DNA of 64,000 bases from positions 1-64,000 of the IMG/VR virus record IMGVR_UViG_3300030330_004772, one strand, 5' to 3'. The position numbers and the translations under genes are program-made. The notes under the pieces were generated by a model. The model ran no database searches and was not told the origin of the DNA. It saw nothing but the letters and a program-made list of their open reading frames with translations. Positions 1 to 7,966 of this stretch are shown piece by piece; positions within the stretch are counted from its first letter, which is position 1, and each line of letters starts with the position of its first letter. This DNA comes from a virus. Lineage: Duplodnaviria > Caudoviricetes.

Positions 1-111
1 GATGGACAATGGTTTGAAAATGAAGAGGGTTATTCTATGTCCACTAAAAAACAAATGAGTCAAATGAGACCATGGAATCAGGGTGAAATAATTAAAACTA
101 ATAAAAATAAA
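1..111 (+). CDS. C-terminal fragment of a CDS running in from the window edge
   Basis: Frame 1 is open from base 1 (DGQWFENEEGY...TNKK) to TAA at 109-111; not in the ORF track. Confidence 0.55.
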
Positions 112-131
112 TTGTGGGATATTATTAGAGG

Positions 132-611
132 ATGAAAAAATTAATTAAAAAAATTTTAAAGGAAGAGTATAGTGAAAGAATTGAGGACTATAAAAAAATT
201 ATGTCTACACAATGGCAAGAATACTTCACTAACAAAAAAATATTACCTTCAATAATAAAATATTTAGATAGTATCATTAATATAGATATGATTGTTAAAT
301 CCGATAATTCCACAACGTATACCGTTTATTTTGACGATGTAGAACCTATCGCTAAAAATTATTGTTATGGGTGTAGTGGTACATTCCATTACCCTACAGG
401 TACACACGACATATATAATGTAGTACATGCGGAAGATAACGATCAATTTGTTAGTGCAGTTGAGTTAGCGATACTAGATATGTTCGGTGGTAAATCAAGT
501 GATATGGAATTTTATAGTATTATTTATCAATATTTATTTGATAAAATAAAAAAACATATGGATAATGATCCCATAAATGATTATCCTGAAGAACACGATA
601 TGGATTGGTAA
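132..611 (+). CDS. Hypothetical protein with MKKLIKKILKEE leader (putative internal head protein)
   Basis: 159-aa ORF; TAATG stop/start overlap with the next gene; leader shared with three neighbours. Confidence 0.8.
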   Translation: MKKLIKKILKEEYSERIEDYKKIMSTQWQEYFTNKKILPSIIKYLDSIINIDMIVKSDNSTTYTVYFDDVEPIAKNYCYGCSGTFHYPTGTHDIYNVVHAEDNDQFVSAVELAILDMFGGKSSDMEFYSIIYQYLFDKIKKHMDNDPINDYPEEHDMDW

Positions 612-1231
612 TGAAAAACCTTATTAGAAAAATATTAAAAGAGGAAACTGATGATTTAAGTAGAACAAAAAAAATCGATGCGTTAAATTCTATTGATTGG
701 ACAGGATATGGGGGAGTTATAGATTCTTTTGATGTTTTACAATACCATGGGGCATCTAATATGTTAGGGGAGATAACATTAGACAATTTAATCTTAACTA
801 GAAAACCCATTCAGTTAAAAGACTCTGGCAGATACGGATCTAGTAAGTCTGGTTGTATGGGATTTTATTTAACACCAAATAAAGGAGACTTGTTTAATCC
901 CAGTAAACGTATATATCCTAAAGCTTCATCTAAATACGCTTTTGAGAAAGCTTTTAAAAATGCAGACTATGTGGGAAGGGCAAATTCAAAAGCAATGATA
1001 TACGAAGTCATAATCGATCCAAATGCAATCATTGTAGATTATTATCCTGGTGGTTGTTTAGGTAAAGCATTTAGTAAAGGTCAACAGGACGCAGAACAGA
1101 TAATGTTAGATAATGCAGATGGTTTTTATGGTGCGGGCGAAATTGCAATAACAAATAAAAATGTTATAAAATCTATTACACTAATTGAGAGTGCATCGGT
1201 TGAAAATATAATGAGTAAATGGAGAAGTTAA
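611..1231 (+). CDS. ADP-ribosyltransferase-fold protein (H-Y-E type) with MKNLIRKILKEE leader
   Basis: Start moved to ATG 611 (TAATG overlap). Motifs YHGAS ... GFYLT ... KYA ... ADGFYGAGEIAITNKNVIK match the ART core pattern; recognised by eye. Confidence 0.6.
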   Translation: MKNLIRKILKEETDDLSRTKKIDALNSIDWTGYGGVIDSFDVLQYHGASNMLGEITLDNLILTRKPIQLKDSGRYGSSKSGCMGFYLTPNKGDLFNPSKRIYPKASSKYAFEKAFKNADYVGRANSKAMIYEVIIDPNAIIVDYYPGGCLGKAFSKGQQDAEQIMLDNADGFYGAGEIAITNKNVIKSITLIESASVENIMSKWRS

Positions 1232-2097
1232 TTAGGAAAATATTAAAAGAGGAGACACCAAACTTTAACAAGTTTGAATCGGGTGTATTTAAAATTATCG
1301 ATAAGGTTGGTATTGAAAAGTTTATTGGTGAGTATCTTAGAGATATGGGGCTAGATGTTGACGAAGAGGAAAATATTCTTTTTGAATACTTTAATGCGTA
1401 TGGTGGTGGATGTGATGACTATATTAATTTTGTATTAGAGGCAGAGGAAATTTCAAATATGTTTTACGATGGCGATTATGGTATACAAAATATGGTAAAA
1501 AGGTTTTTAGAAGATGATTATGATTATACGTATGATGGTTACGAATGTTATTATGACGAATATCAATTAGATGATATTAATGAAGAGAACATGAAAATCA
1601 TAATAAAAATATATAAATCACAAAAAGATGAAGATGAAACCTTAAGAGAATTTATTAAAAATGGTGATTTAGAAAGTGCGATTGGTTGTGCATATAGTGA
1701 CGCACAACAAAATGCCGATATAAATGCATTACATGAAGACTTTTTAGATGGGGTACATGAAGTAACCGATAAAATAGAGGGTAAATGGGATTGGGATACC
1801 CACACATTAAAAGGTAGAATATCGGTTTGTGAGATAATGAATCATGAAGACGCATTAGAGATACTATCAGAAAGTTTACAACACGGCTATGACTGGAATG
1901 AAGTCGTTAGTGCCATAGTTGAAAGGGAGTGGGAAGATGTTTGGAATGGTGATGAAGGAGATGTTTTATTCGGTGAACCAGTAACTATAGATGAGTATAG
2001 ACATTTCAGATATGGTGGTGCAGGAACAATAGATAAACAAGAATTTAATGAGTACTTATATAGTAGATTACATGATGAGTATAGATCTTTTATGTAA
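1219..2097 (+). CDS. Very acidic hypothetical protein with MEKLIRKILKEE leader
   Basis: 292-aa ORF, D/E/Y-rich, overlapping the previous stop. Confidence 0.8.
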   Translation: MEKLIRKILKEETPNFNKFESGVFKIIDKVGIEKFIGEYLRDMGLDVDEEENILFEYFNAYGGGCDDYINFVLEAEEISNMFYDGDYGIQNMVKRFLEDDYDYTYDGYECYYDEYQLDDINEENMKIIIKIYKSQKDEDETLREFIKNGDLESAIGCAYSDAQQNADINALHEDFLDGVHEVTDKIEGKWDWDTHTLKGRISVCEIMNHEDALEILSESLQHGYDWNEVVSAIVEREWEDVWNGDEGDVLFGEPVTIDEYRHFRYGGAGTIDKQEFNEYLYSRLHDEYRSFM

Positions 2098-2149
2098 TTA
2101 CACATATTTATTTATATATAAGACACTTATAATCTAAATTTTTTATAAT

Positions 2150-2269
2150 ATGAAAACAAGAAGAGGTTCTATTAGACTAACTGAACAAGACTTAGTAAAG
2201 TTGGTTAAGGATTTAAATGTTAAGACAAAGACTGTAAAATCTAAAGTTTTAGCAACAAGTTCAAAATAA
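2150..2269 (+). CDS. 39-aa basic micro-protein (MKTRRGSIRLTEQDLVKLVKD...)
   Basis: Read manually; ATATTTAT motif upstream (2104-2111); leader resembles those at 7822, 23650 and 24989. Confidence 0.6.
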   Translation: MKTRRGSIRLTEQDLVKLVKDLNVKTKTVKSKVLATSSK

Positions 2270-2353
2270 AAGATTATATCATATAATCAAAAATATTCAC
2301 TTTATTAATAAAAGTACGCAAAATTTTATCCACTTAACTCATATTTATATTAT

Positions 2354-3223
2354 ATGAAATCTCTCATCAGAAAAATACTTAAAGAAGAAACGCAACAAAG
2401 ATCACTAAGTGATGTAATATTTGATGATTTAGTTAGTACATTTAACGAAGAAGTATTAATTTATGATTGGGGTCCTGAATATAGTAATATGATTAAGGCA
2501 ATTAAGAATATTATTAATAATGCTGCCATACCACATATTGAGGATGTTTATAGTTTAGAGTATTTTGAAAATGAGGATTTAATTAAACCTATTTTAGATA
2601 AATTTGTTAGATATTTGTATAACGATGATTATCCATTGGTTGGGGACACCATTGAAATGATTGAAATGGATGGAGAAGATCCAAACCCAATACTACCAGG
2701 AACAAAGGGTGTAGTAACTAGAATAGAGTCACAAGTTATTTCAGGTATACCTGAAGAACATTTATGGATTAATTGGGAAAATGGTAGAACTTTAAAAGTT
2801 TTATTACCACATGATAAAATTAAAATAATCAAAAGAGGTGAAAGCAGTAGAGGTGTTATTGAACGATTAGAGTTAATGGAAGATAAAATAGATGATTTTG
2901 TTGATTTTGTAAGTGATGATTTAGAATTAGATGATAACTTTACCGTAGATATTACAAATGATTCTGACGATGTAGAAACATTGGCAAGTTACGATATTAA
3001 CAATAATGAAGTAACAGTATTAGGTAAAGATAGAGCTTTACCAGATATCATTCGTTCTGTTGCACATGAATTAGTTCACCATAAACAAAATGAGAGAGGT
3101 GAATTAACAGGTAGACAAGAAGAGGGTGAAGATGGTTCACCATGGGAAGATGAAGCCAATGCAAAAGCCGGAGAACTTGTTCGTAAATATGGTAGAGAGA
3201 ATCCTGAAATTTATGAAACGTAA
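2354..3223 (+). CDS. DUF4314-like domain plus zincin metallopeptidase-like domain, MKSLIRKILKEE leader
   Basis: GDTIEMIEM...PGTKGVV...INWENGRTL (DUF4314-like); HELVHHKQ (HExxH) with downstream EDEA third ligand. Confidence 0.65.
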   Translation: MKSLIRKILKEETQQRSLSDVIFDDLVSTFNEEVLIYDWGPEYSNMIKAIKNIINNAAIPHIEDVYSLEYFENEDLIKPILDKFVRYLYNDDYPLVGDTIEMIEMDGEDPNPILPGTKGVVTRIESQVISGIPEEHLWINWENGRTLKVLLPHDKIKIIKRGESSRGVIERLELMEDKIDDFVDFVSDDLELDDNFTVDITNDSDDVETLASYDINNNEVTVLGKDRALPDIIRSVAHELVHHKQNERGELTGRQEEGEDGSPWEDEANAKAGELVRKYGRENPEIYET

Positions 3224-3615
3224 ATAACGTCTCCTTTATTTATATTATTTTTATCACAAAAACCACCATTAACTTCTATGTTATATGACGATCCGTTCGG
3301 TGGATAAACGTTATCACCATCAGGTTCCGCAGTAACAATGTCTAAAATAGTACCATTACTATCACAAAAAATCATATCTAAGGGAAATTTTACACCCTGC
3401 ATATGATAATATGTGGGTGATATCTCATCGAATAATATACCACAATAATCACACATAGAATTCATCCCTAAAGCGCCTGTCATTTTTTGTTTATTTGTTT
3501 GTGCATATTCACACTCAATAGTAACATCATTATCATCACTATTTTTTATAACAACGTTTTTTTTATTTGGAAAGGGGTGTTTAACCATTTCATTTAAAAT
3601 ATCTATAAATTTCAT
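3211..3615 (-). CDS. DUF192-family protein
   Basis: Start moved to ATG 3615 (MKFIDILNE), right after an ATATTTAT motif. EYAQT...GA..., HMQGVKFPLDMIF, EVNGG...GD motifs. Confidence 0.7.
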   Translation of the reverse strand: MKFIDILNEMVKHPFPNKKNVVIKNSDDNDVTIECEYAQTNKQKMTGALGMNSMCDYCGILFDEISPTYYHMQGVKFPLDMIFCDSNGTILDIVTAEPDGDNVYPPNGSSYNIEVNGGFCDKNNINKGDVIYVS

Positions 3616-3676
3616 ACTAATAAATATTTGACATTTAAATAAAAGAAGATTATATTTAAATAAAAAAATTAAAGTA

Positions 3677-3871
3677 ATGCCAAAAAGTAAACATAGAAAA
3701 AACCAAAAACAAAAATCCAAAGCTAGAACCGAAAGATTAAAAACCCAAAAAAGATCTATGGAAAAGAAAATGCAAGAACAATTTATGAAATATATGGAAG
3801 ATATGAAAAATAGACAGATGGAGATTGAGGAGGTTGGCGATATTAATACATTTACTGGAGAAACAACTTAA
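3677..3871 (+). CDS. Small basic hypothetical protein (early)
   Basis: 64 aa, K/R-rich N-terminus; host-type promoter at 3627-3658. Confidence 0.7.
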   Translation: MPKSKHRKNQKQKSKARTERLKTQKRSMEKKMQEQFMKYMEDMKNRQMEIEEVGDINTFTGETT

Positions 3872-3882
3872 ATATTTATAAT

Positions 3883-4095
3883 ATGAATAAAGATTCTTAT
3901 ATGATAAAAAAGTGTTATAGAGATAACACAGGAAAAAACTTACATGTACTAATAACTGATGGTTACAGTCAAGTTTTAGAATTAACAACATTAAGTAAAG
4001 CAGAATATTTAGTAGGTTTATTAAATGAAAACACTGATAACGGTTGTAGATATGAAATAATAGTTATCAGTAATAATAAAAAAGTAAAAAAATAA
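3883..4095 (+). CDS. Hypothetical protein
   Basis: 70-aa ORF tightly packed in an operon. Confidence 0.65.
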   Translation: MNKDSYMIKKCYRDNTGKNLHVLITDGYSQVLELTTLSKAEYLVGLLNENTDNGCRYEIIVISNNKKVKK

Positions 4096-4097
4096 AA

Positions 4098-4310
4098 ATG
4101 AATAACGATCAAAAAGCAGAGTATTATCATAGTTTATTATTAAAACATGATAAATTAGATGGACAAGTTGCAGATATTAAGTCAGAGGCAGCAGGAATGA
4201 CATTAAATAAAGATCAATTAAAGAGAATTGATGAATTGGAAAGAAAAAAGGCTATATTAGTAGATGAAGCTCAAAAACTATTCCACACATACAAACCAAC
4301 TAAAGCATAA
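4098..4310 (+). CDS. Hypothetical coiled-coil protein
   Basis: 70-aa ORF, 2 bp after the previous stop. Confidence 0.65.
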   Translation: MNNDQKAEYYHSLLLKHDKLDGQVADIKSEAAGMTLNKDQLKRIDELERKKAILVDEAQKLFHTYKPTKA

Positions 4311-4316
4311 TTTAGG

Positions 4317-4739
4317 TTATTTTAACCTTTTTAACCTTCGTAAGGCGTTTCTCGACTCGTTAGTGATAGAAGAACCCTTACTTAGGTTCTCTTTGTATGG
4401 GATAAATCGTAAATTTTTAATATTACCCATCTTTTTAGGTGGTATTTTGTTATGAAAACCCAAAGAAATGGGATAAATATGGTCTAAATGATGATTTTTC
4501 CACCCTCTTTTATTAAAATTCTCTAAAATTTGTAGTGGTTGTTCTTCAGTAACCTCCCACACCATAGCATAATACAATTTTTTCTCTAAATTCTTAATAT
4601 TTTTGATTTTTTGTTTAATTTTTGGGTATTTTTTGGTTATTTTACGTATTTTATAGTAAATTTTACCTTTATTTTTAAGAATTTTATTTTTTACACTTGT
4701 TTTTTTACTATTTACAATTTTTTTAAGTGGTTTTTTCAT
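4317..4739 (-). CDS. HNH endonuclease-like protein with Lys-rich N-terminus
   Basis: HHLDHIYPIS...GNIKNLRFIP...ENLSKG matches an HNH core. Confidence 0.6.
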   Translation of the reverse strand: MKKPLKKIVNSKKTSVKNKILKNKGKIYYKIRKITKKYPKIKQKIKNIKNLEKKLYYAMVWEVTEEQPLQILENFNKRGWKNHHLDHIYPISLGFHNKIPPKKMGNIKNLRFIPYKENLSKGSSITNESRNALRRLKRLK

Positions 4740-4792
4740 AATTTATACTATTATTATTATATTTATAATTATAAATAATAAAAATTCATAAA

Positions 4793-5620
4793 ATGAAGGT
4801 ATATTTAACAGAAAAACAGTTAAAAAAGTTAGTTATTAACGAAGAAACTTTAGGTAATATACAAAAAGACTATATTTCTTTGAATGATATTTGGTATGGT
4901 TTCGATAAACTGTATCATGGGGATTTTCAGAGTAGTGACGATGGACCATTACACCTAGTACAACAAAAATTATTTAAAAAATTCCCTGAATACGCAGAAG
5001 AAATAAATTTTCGTCCAGATAAAGATTTTGGGGATAAAACATCTAAAATGATTGGTAAATTATTTGGTGTAAAATTTAAGAACTTAAAATCTGTTTCTAT
5101 CGGACCAAAAACACTAGAAAAATTAGGTTTTAAAAGACCACCCTCTTTAACATTAGAGGAATTGATATTGGTACTTAATTTTGTTATGGAAGAATCTGAA
5201 AATAAAGAGTCAGACATTAAAGGGATTGCTAATGTGATTTTAAATAGGAGTAAAGCAGGAAGAGGTAGTGTAGTAGATGTGGTTTTAGAACCCAGTCAAT
5301 TCTCAGGATGGAACAAACACCAACCAGTTAGTCGTAATAAAGAAACTATGAGGAATATTATGTTGAATAGACCTAAGGATGACAGGTATCAAAATAGAAA
5401 ATCTTGGGAATTAGCGGTTAAATACGCAAAACTACTTTTAAATGGTGGTAATATTTCTGATAATACTAAAGGTGCAACACATTATTATAACCCAAATAAA
5501 ATAGAACCACCATGGGGACAAGAAAGTAAAACTTGGATACCTCACCCACCTAAAGGTTTAGATCATATCTTTGGTAGGGATACAACAACTAAATGGTCCA
5601 AAAATTTTACTGGAAGATAA
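4793..5620 (+). CDS. SleB/Hydrolase_2-family cell-wall hydrolase with PG-binding-like segment and MKVYLTEKQLKKLVINEE leader
   Basis: E...GIANVILNR...VVLEPSQFSGWN...DNTKGATHYYNP...PPW pattern; LVQQKL...DKDFGDKT resembles PG_binding_1. Confidence 0.8.
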   Translation: MKVYLTEKQLKKLVINEETLGNIQKDYISLNDIWYGFDKLYHGDFQSSDDGPLHLVQQKLFKKFPEYAEEINFRPDKDFGDKTSKMIGKLFGVKFKNLKSVSIGPKTLEKLGFKRPPSLTLEELILVLNFVMEESENKESDIKGIANVILNRSKAGRGSVVDVVLEPSQFSGWNKHQPVSRNKETMRNIMLNRPKDDRYQNRKSWELAVKYAKLLLNGGNISDNTKGATHYYNPNKIEPPWGQESKTWIPHPPKGLDHIFGRDTTTKWSKNFTGR

Positions 5621-5877
5621 TGGGTGAAGAATTAGAACATATCTATAAAGTATTTGTGTTTGAACAAATTAAAGGTGCGAGAACAGAAATAAAAAGAAAA
5701 TGGATAAATTATGATAACATATTAGACGAATTATATATGTTAAATGAAAAAACTTTAATTGATGAAATTAAATATAGAATTACTGACAAAGAAGACGATA
5801 AAAAAGTTTTTAAAGATGCCCTATCAAAAGTAGAAAAAAAAAGTAATAGGTTAGATTTGTTAATTAAATCAATTTAA
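5620..5877 (+). CDS. Hypothetical protein
   Basis: Start moved to ATG 5620 (TAATG overlap with the hydrolase gene). Confidence 0.7.
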   Translation: MGEELEHIYKVFVFEQIKGARTEIKRKWINYDNILDELYMLNEKTLIDEIKYRITDKEDDKKVFKDALSKVEKKSNRLDLLIKSI

Positions 5878-5904
5878 GATATATTTATATAAAAAGATTA
5901 TAAA

Positions 5905-7551
5905 ATGAAATACGTAATTAGTGAAAATCAATATACTATTCTATTAAGGGAAGATAGAATAGATTTTTTAAAAAATCAGTTCGTAATAGATCCAAAATTA
6001 TTGGATAGATCGACAAATGGTGAAAACGATGAAGAAGAATTTGAAGATGGTGATAGACCTGCTGGTGGGATGAAAAAATCTAAAGAAAAAGTAGAACCAA
6101 TACAGGGTCATGATGGTTTAGATATTGCATATATAGTAACAAATAAAAAAGGCAAAAGTAAAGTAGTTTTAACAGATGAAATCTTTACTGATATAGTAGA
6201 TGCAGATCCAACTAGGAAAAAAGAATTTGTACAGTGGATGATTACGGTATTTATGAGACATCTAAAAGAAGGAGATATTGAACAAGCAATTAGATTTATA
6301 ACCGAAGATTTACCTGAGGCAAATGAATTTTTAACTGTCTTTGATAGGGTAAGAAAGAAAAAATCATTTAAAAGAGACGCGTCTAATAGGGCAAATGCAC
6401 CTGAAAATGTAGCCGATATCACCCAATACAATGATTTAGCACAATTATATGATGTAGTTAGTCCATTTATGGGAGATGATTCCGAAGATAATTCCTTATG
6501 GAATAAACTAAAGAAGCATATTGATTTAGGTACTGCTAAATTAGCATATAGAGATAATGATGTATTAGTATACATGCCACAAACATTAGAAGCTAGTTGT
6601 GAACCATTGGGTGGTGGTATGGCATCTTGGTGTACGGCTAACCGTAATGCATTAAATAGTAATCATGATAGTTCTTATTTTGCTAGATATAGAAGAAATA
6701 ACCCTAAACCAGATGGTAGTTTGTCAGATTACTATGTGGTAATGCCTAAGAAGTTATTTGATGGTGAAAACGAAGATATATACCCACTACAGTTTCATTT
6801 TGAGTCTGGACAATTACACGATAGGAGTAATAGAAGTATTGAAAGGGGCGAATTACCAAACATACTTTCTAGATTTCCGAAGTTAACTGAATTTTTTAGA
6901 AAAGAATTAGGGGCATTAGCAACAGGTGATATTAAAAATGGTTCAGGATTAATGAATAGTAAATACTTAACTTACTTAACTAAGTTTGGAGGTAACATTA
7001 AAGATGTAATTGATGACGAAATATGGGATGCAGGTGTCCAGTCAATACGTAAATTGGCAAGTGAACAAAAAGGTGCATTACAAAACAACAAATATTTAAA
7101 GTGGTTAATGGAAAACACTGAAGGTGTAGAAATTACTGATTATCTTAATAAAGATATGGCGACTTTAGACTTTAGTGATATGGACTTAAAAGTTTTTCCA
7201 GATGTTTCAGAATTTACAAAAGCAGAAAGAATATCTTGTAATAATTGTGGATTAAAGAGATTACCATCTACAGAACATTTACCTGATAATATAGAAGTAT
7301 TAACTATGAAAAATAACCAAATATCTGAAGCACCTTTAGATGGATACGGAAAATTTAAAAATATGTTCGTAATTAATTTACAGGAAAACCCAATAACTAA
7401 AGTTAATATAGAACCACTAAATCAATTAGTGAATGAAAGATTAGCGAGATTTGTTGGATCTATTGATGTGGATAAGTTATCACCTGAAAACCAAAAAGAG
7501 TGGAATACGTTTTTAGAGGATCCTAATAATATAGGATATTTAGTTGCTTAA
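5905..7551 (+). CDS. Large protein with C-terminal leucine-rich repeats and MKYVISENQYTILLRED leader
   Basis: About four LRR-like units (LDFSDMDLKVFP, ISCNNCGLKRLP, LTMKNNQISEAP, INLQENPITKV); central SWCTA...LQFHFESGQ..D..N segment. Confidence 0.7.
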   Translation: MKYVISENQYTILLREDRIDFLKNQFVIDPKLLDRSTNGENDEEEFEDGDRPAGGMKKSKEKVEPIQGHDGLDIAYIVTNKKGKSKVVLTDEIFTDIVDADPTRKKEFVQWMITVFMRHLKEGDIEQAIRFITEDLPEANEFLTVFDRVRKKKSFKRDASNRANAPENVADITQYNDLAQLYDVVSPFMGDDSEDNSLWNKLKKHIDLGTAKLAYRDNDVLVYMPQTLEASCEPLGGGMASWCTANRNALNSNHDSSYFARYRRNNPKPDGSLSDYYVVMPKKLFDGENEDIYPLQFHFESGQLHDRSNRSIERGELPNILSRFPKLTEFFRKELGALATGDIKNGSGLMNSKYLTYLTKFGGNIKDVIDDEIWDAGVQSIRKLASEQKGALQNNKYLKWLMENTEGVEITDYLNKDMATLDFSDMDLKVFPDVSEFTKAERISCNNCGLKRLPSTEHLPDNIEVLTMKNNQISEAPLDGYGKFKNMFVINLQENPITKVNIEPLNQLVNERLARFVGSIDVDKLSPENQKEWNTFLEDPNNIGYLVA

Positions 7552-7595
7552 TTTGAGTTTGTAATTATTTATTCTTATATTTATAAAAAATAGAT

Positions 7596-7751
7596 ATGGG
7601 AAAATATATTTTAACACATAAAGAAACTGAAGAAGTTATACACACACATCAGTCACATAGTTTAGAACTAGCCATTATTTATTTCGCAGCAATTAAAAAT
7701 TTAAGTGAAATAGATTTAATTAAAATCTATAACGTTATAAAAACAAAGTAA
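7596..7751 (+). CDS. 51-aa hypothetical protein
   Basis: Read manually (MGKYILTHKE...IKTK); ATATTTAT at 7577-7584. Confidence 0.55.
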   Translation: MGKYILTHKETEEVIHTHQSHSLELAIIYFAAIKNLSEIDLIKIYNVIKTK

Positions 7752-7821
7752 AATTTAATTTTTTTTATTTTATTAGTATATTTATAGTATATAATAACAT
7801 ATATTGTAAAAATATTAAGAC

Positions 7822-7956
7822 ATGTCAAATAAAAAAACAGTAAGATTAACAGAATCTGAGATGGTTACTTTAATCGAAAACATTGTAAATCAAGTTAAAT
7901 CTGAAAAGAAAAGAAAAATAAACGAGTCTAAGAGAAGAGTTGCTCGTAGAAGGTAA
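7822..7956 (+). CDS. 44-aa micro-protein: leader plus Arg-rich tail (...KINESKRRVARRR)
   Basis: Read manually; ATATTTAT at 7778-7785; VRLTESEMVTLIE leader. Confidence 0.65.
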   Translation: MSNKKTVRLTESEMVTLIENIVNQVKSEKKRKINESKRRVARRR

Positions 7957-7966
7957 TTCTTTTAAT

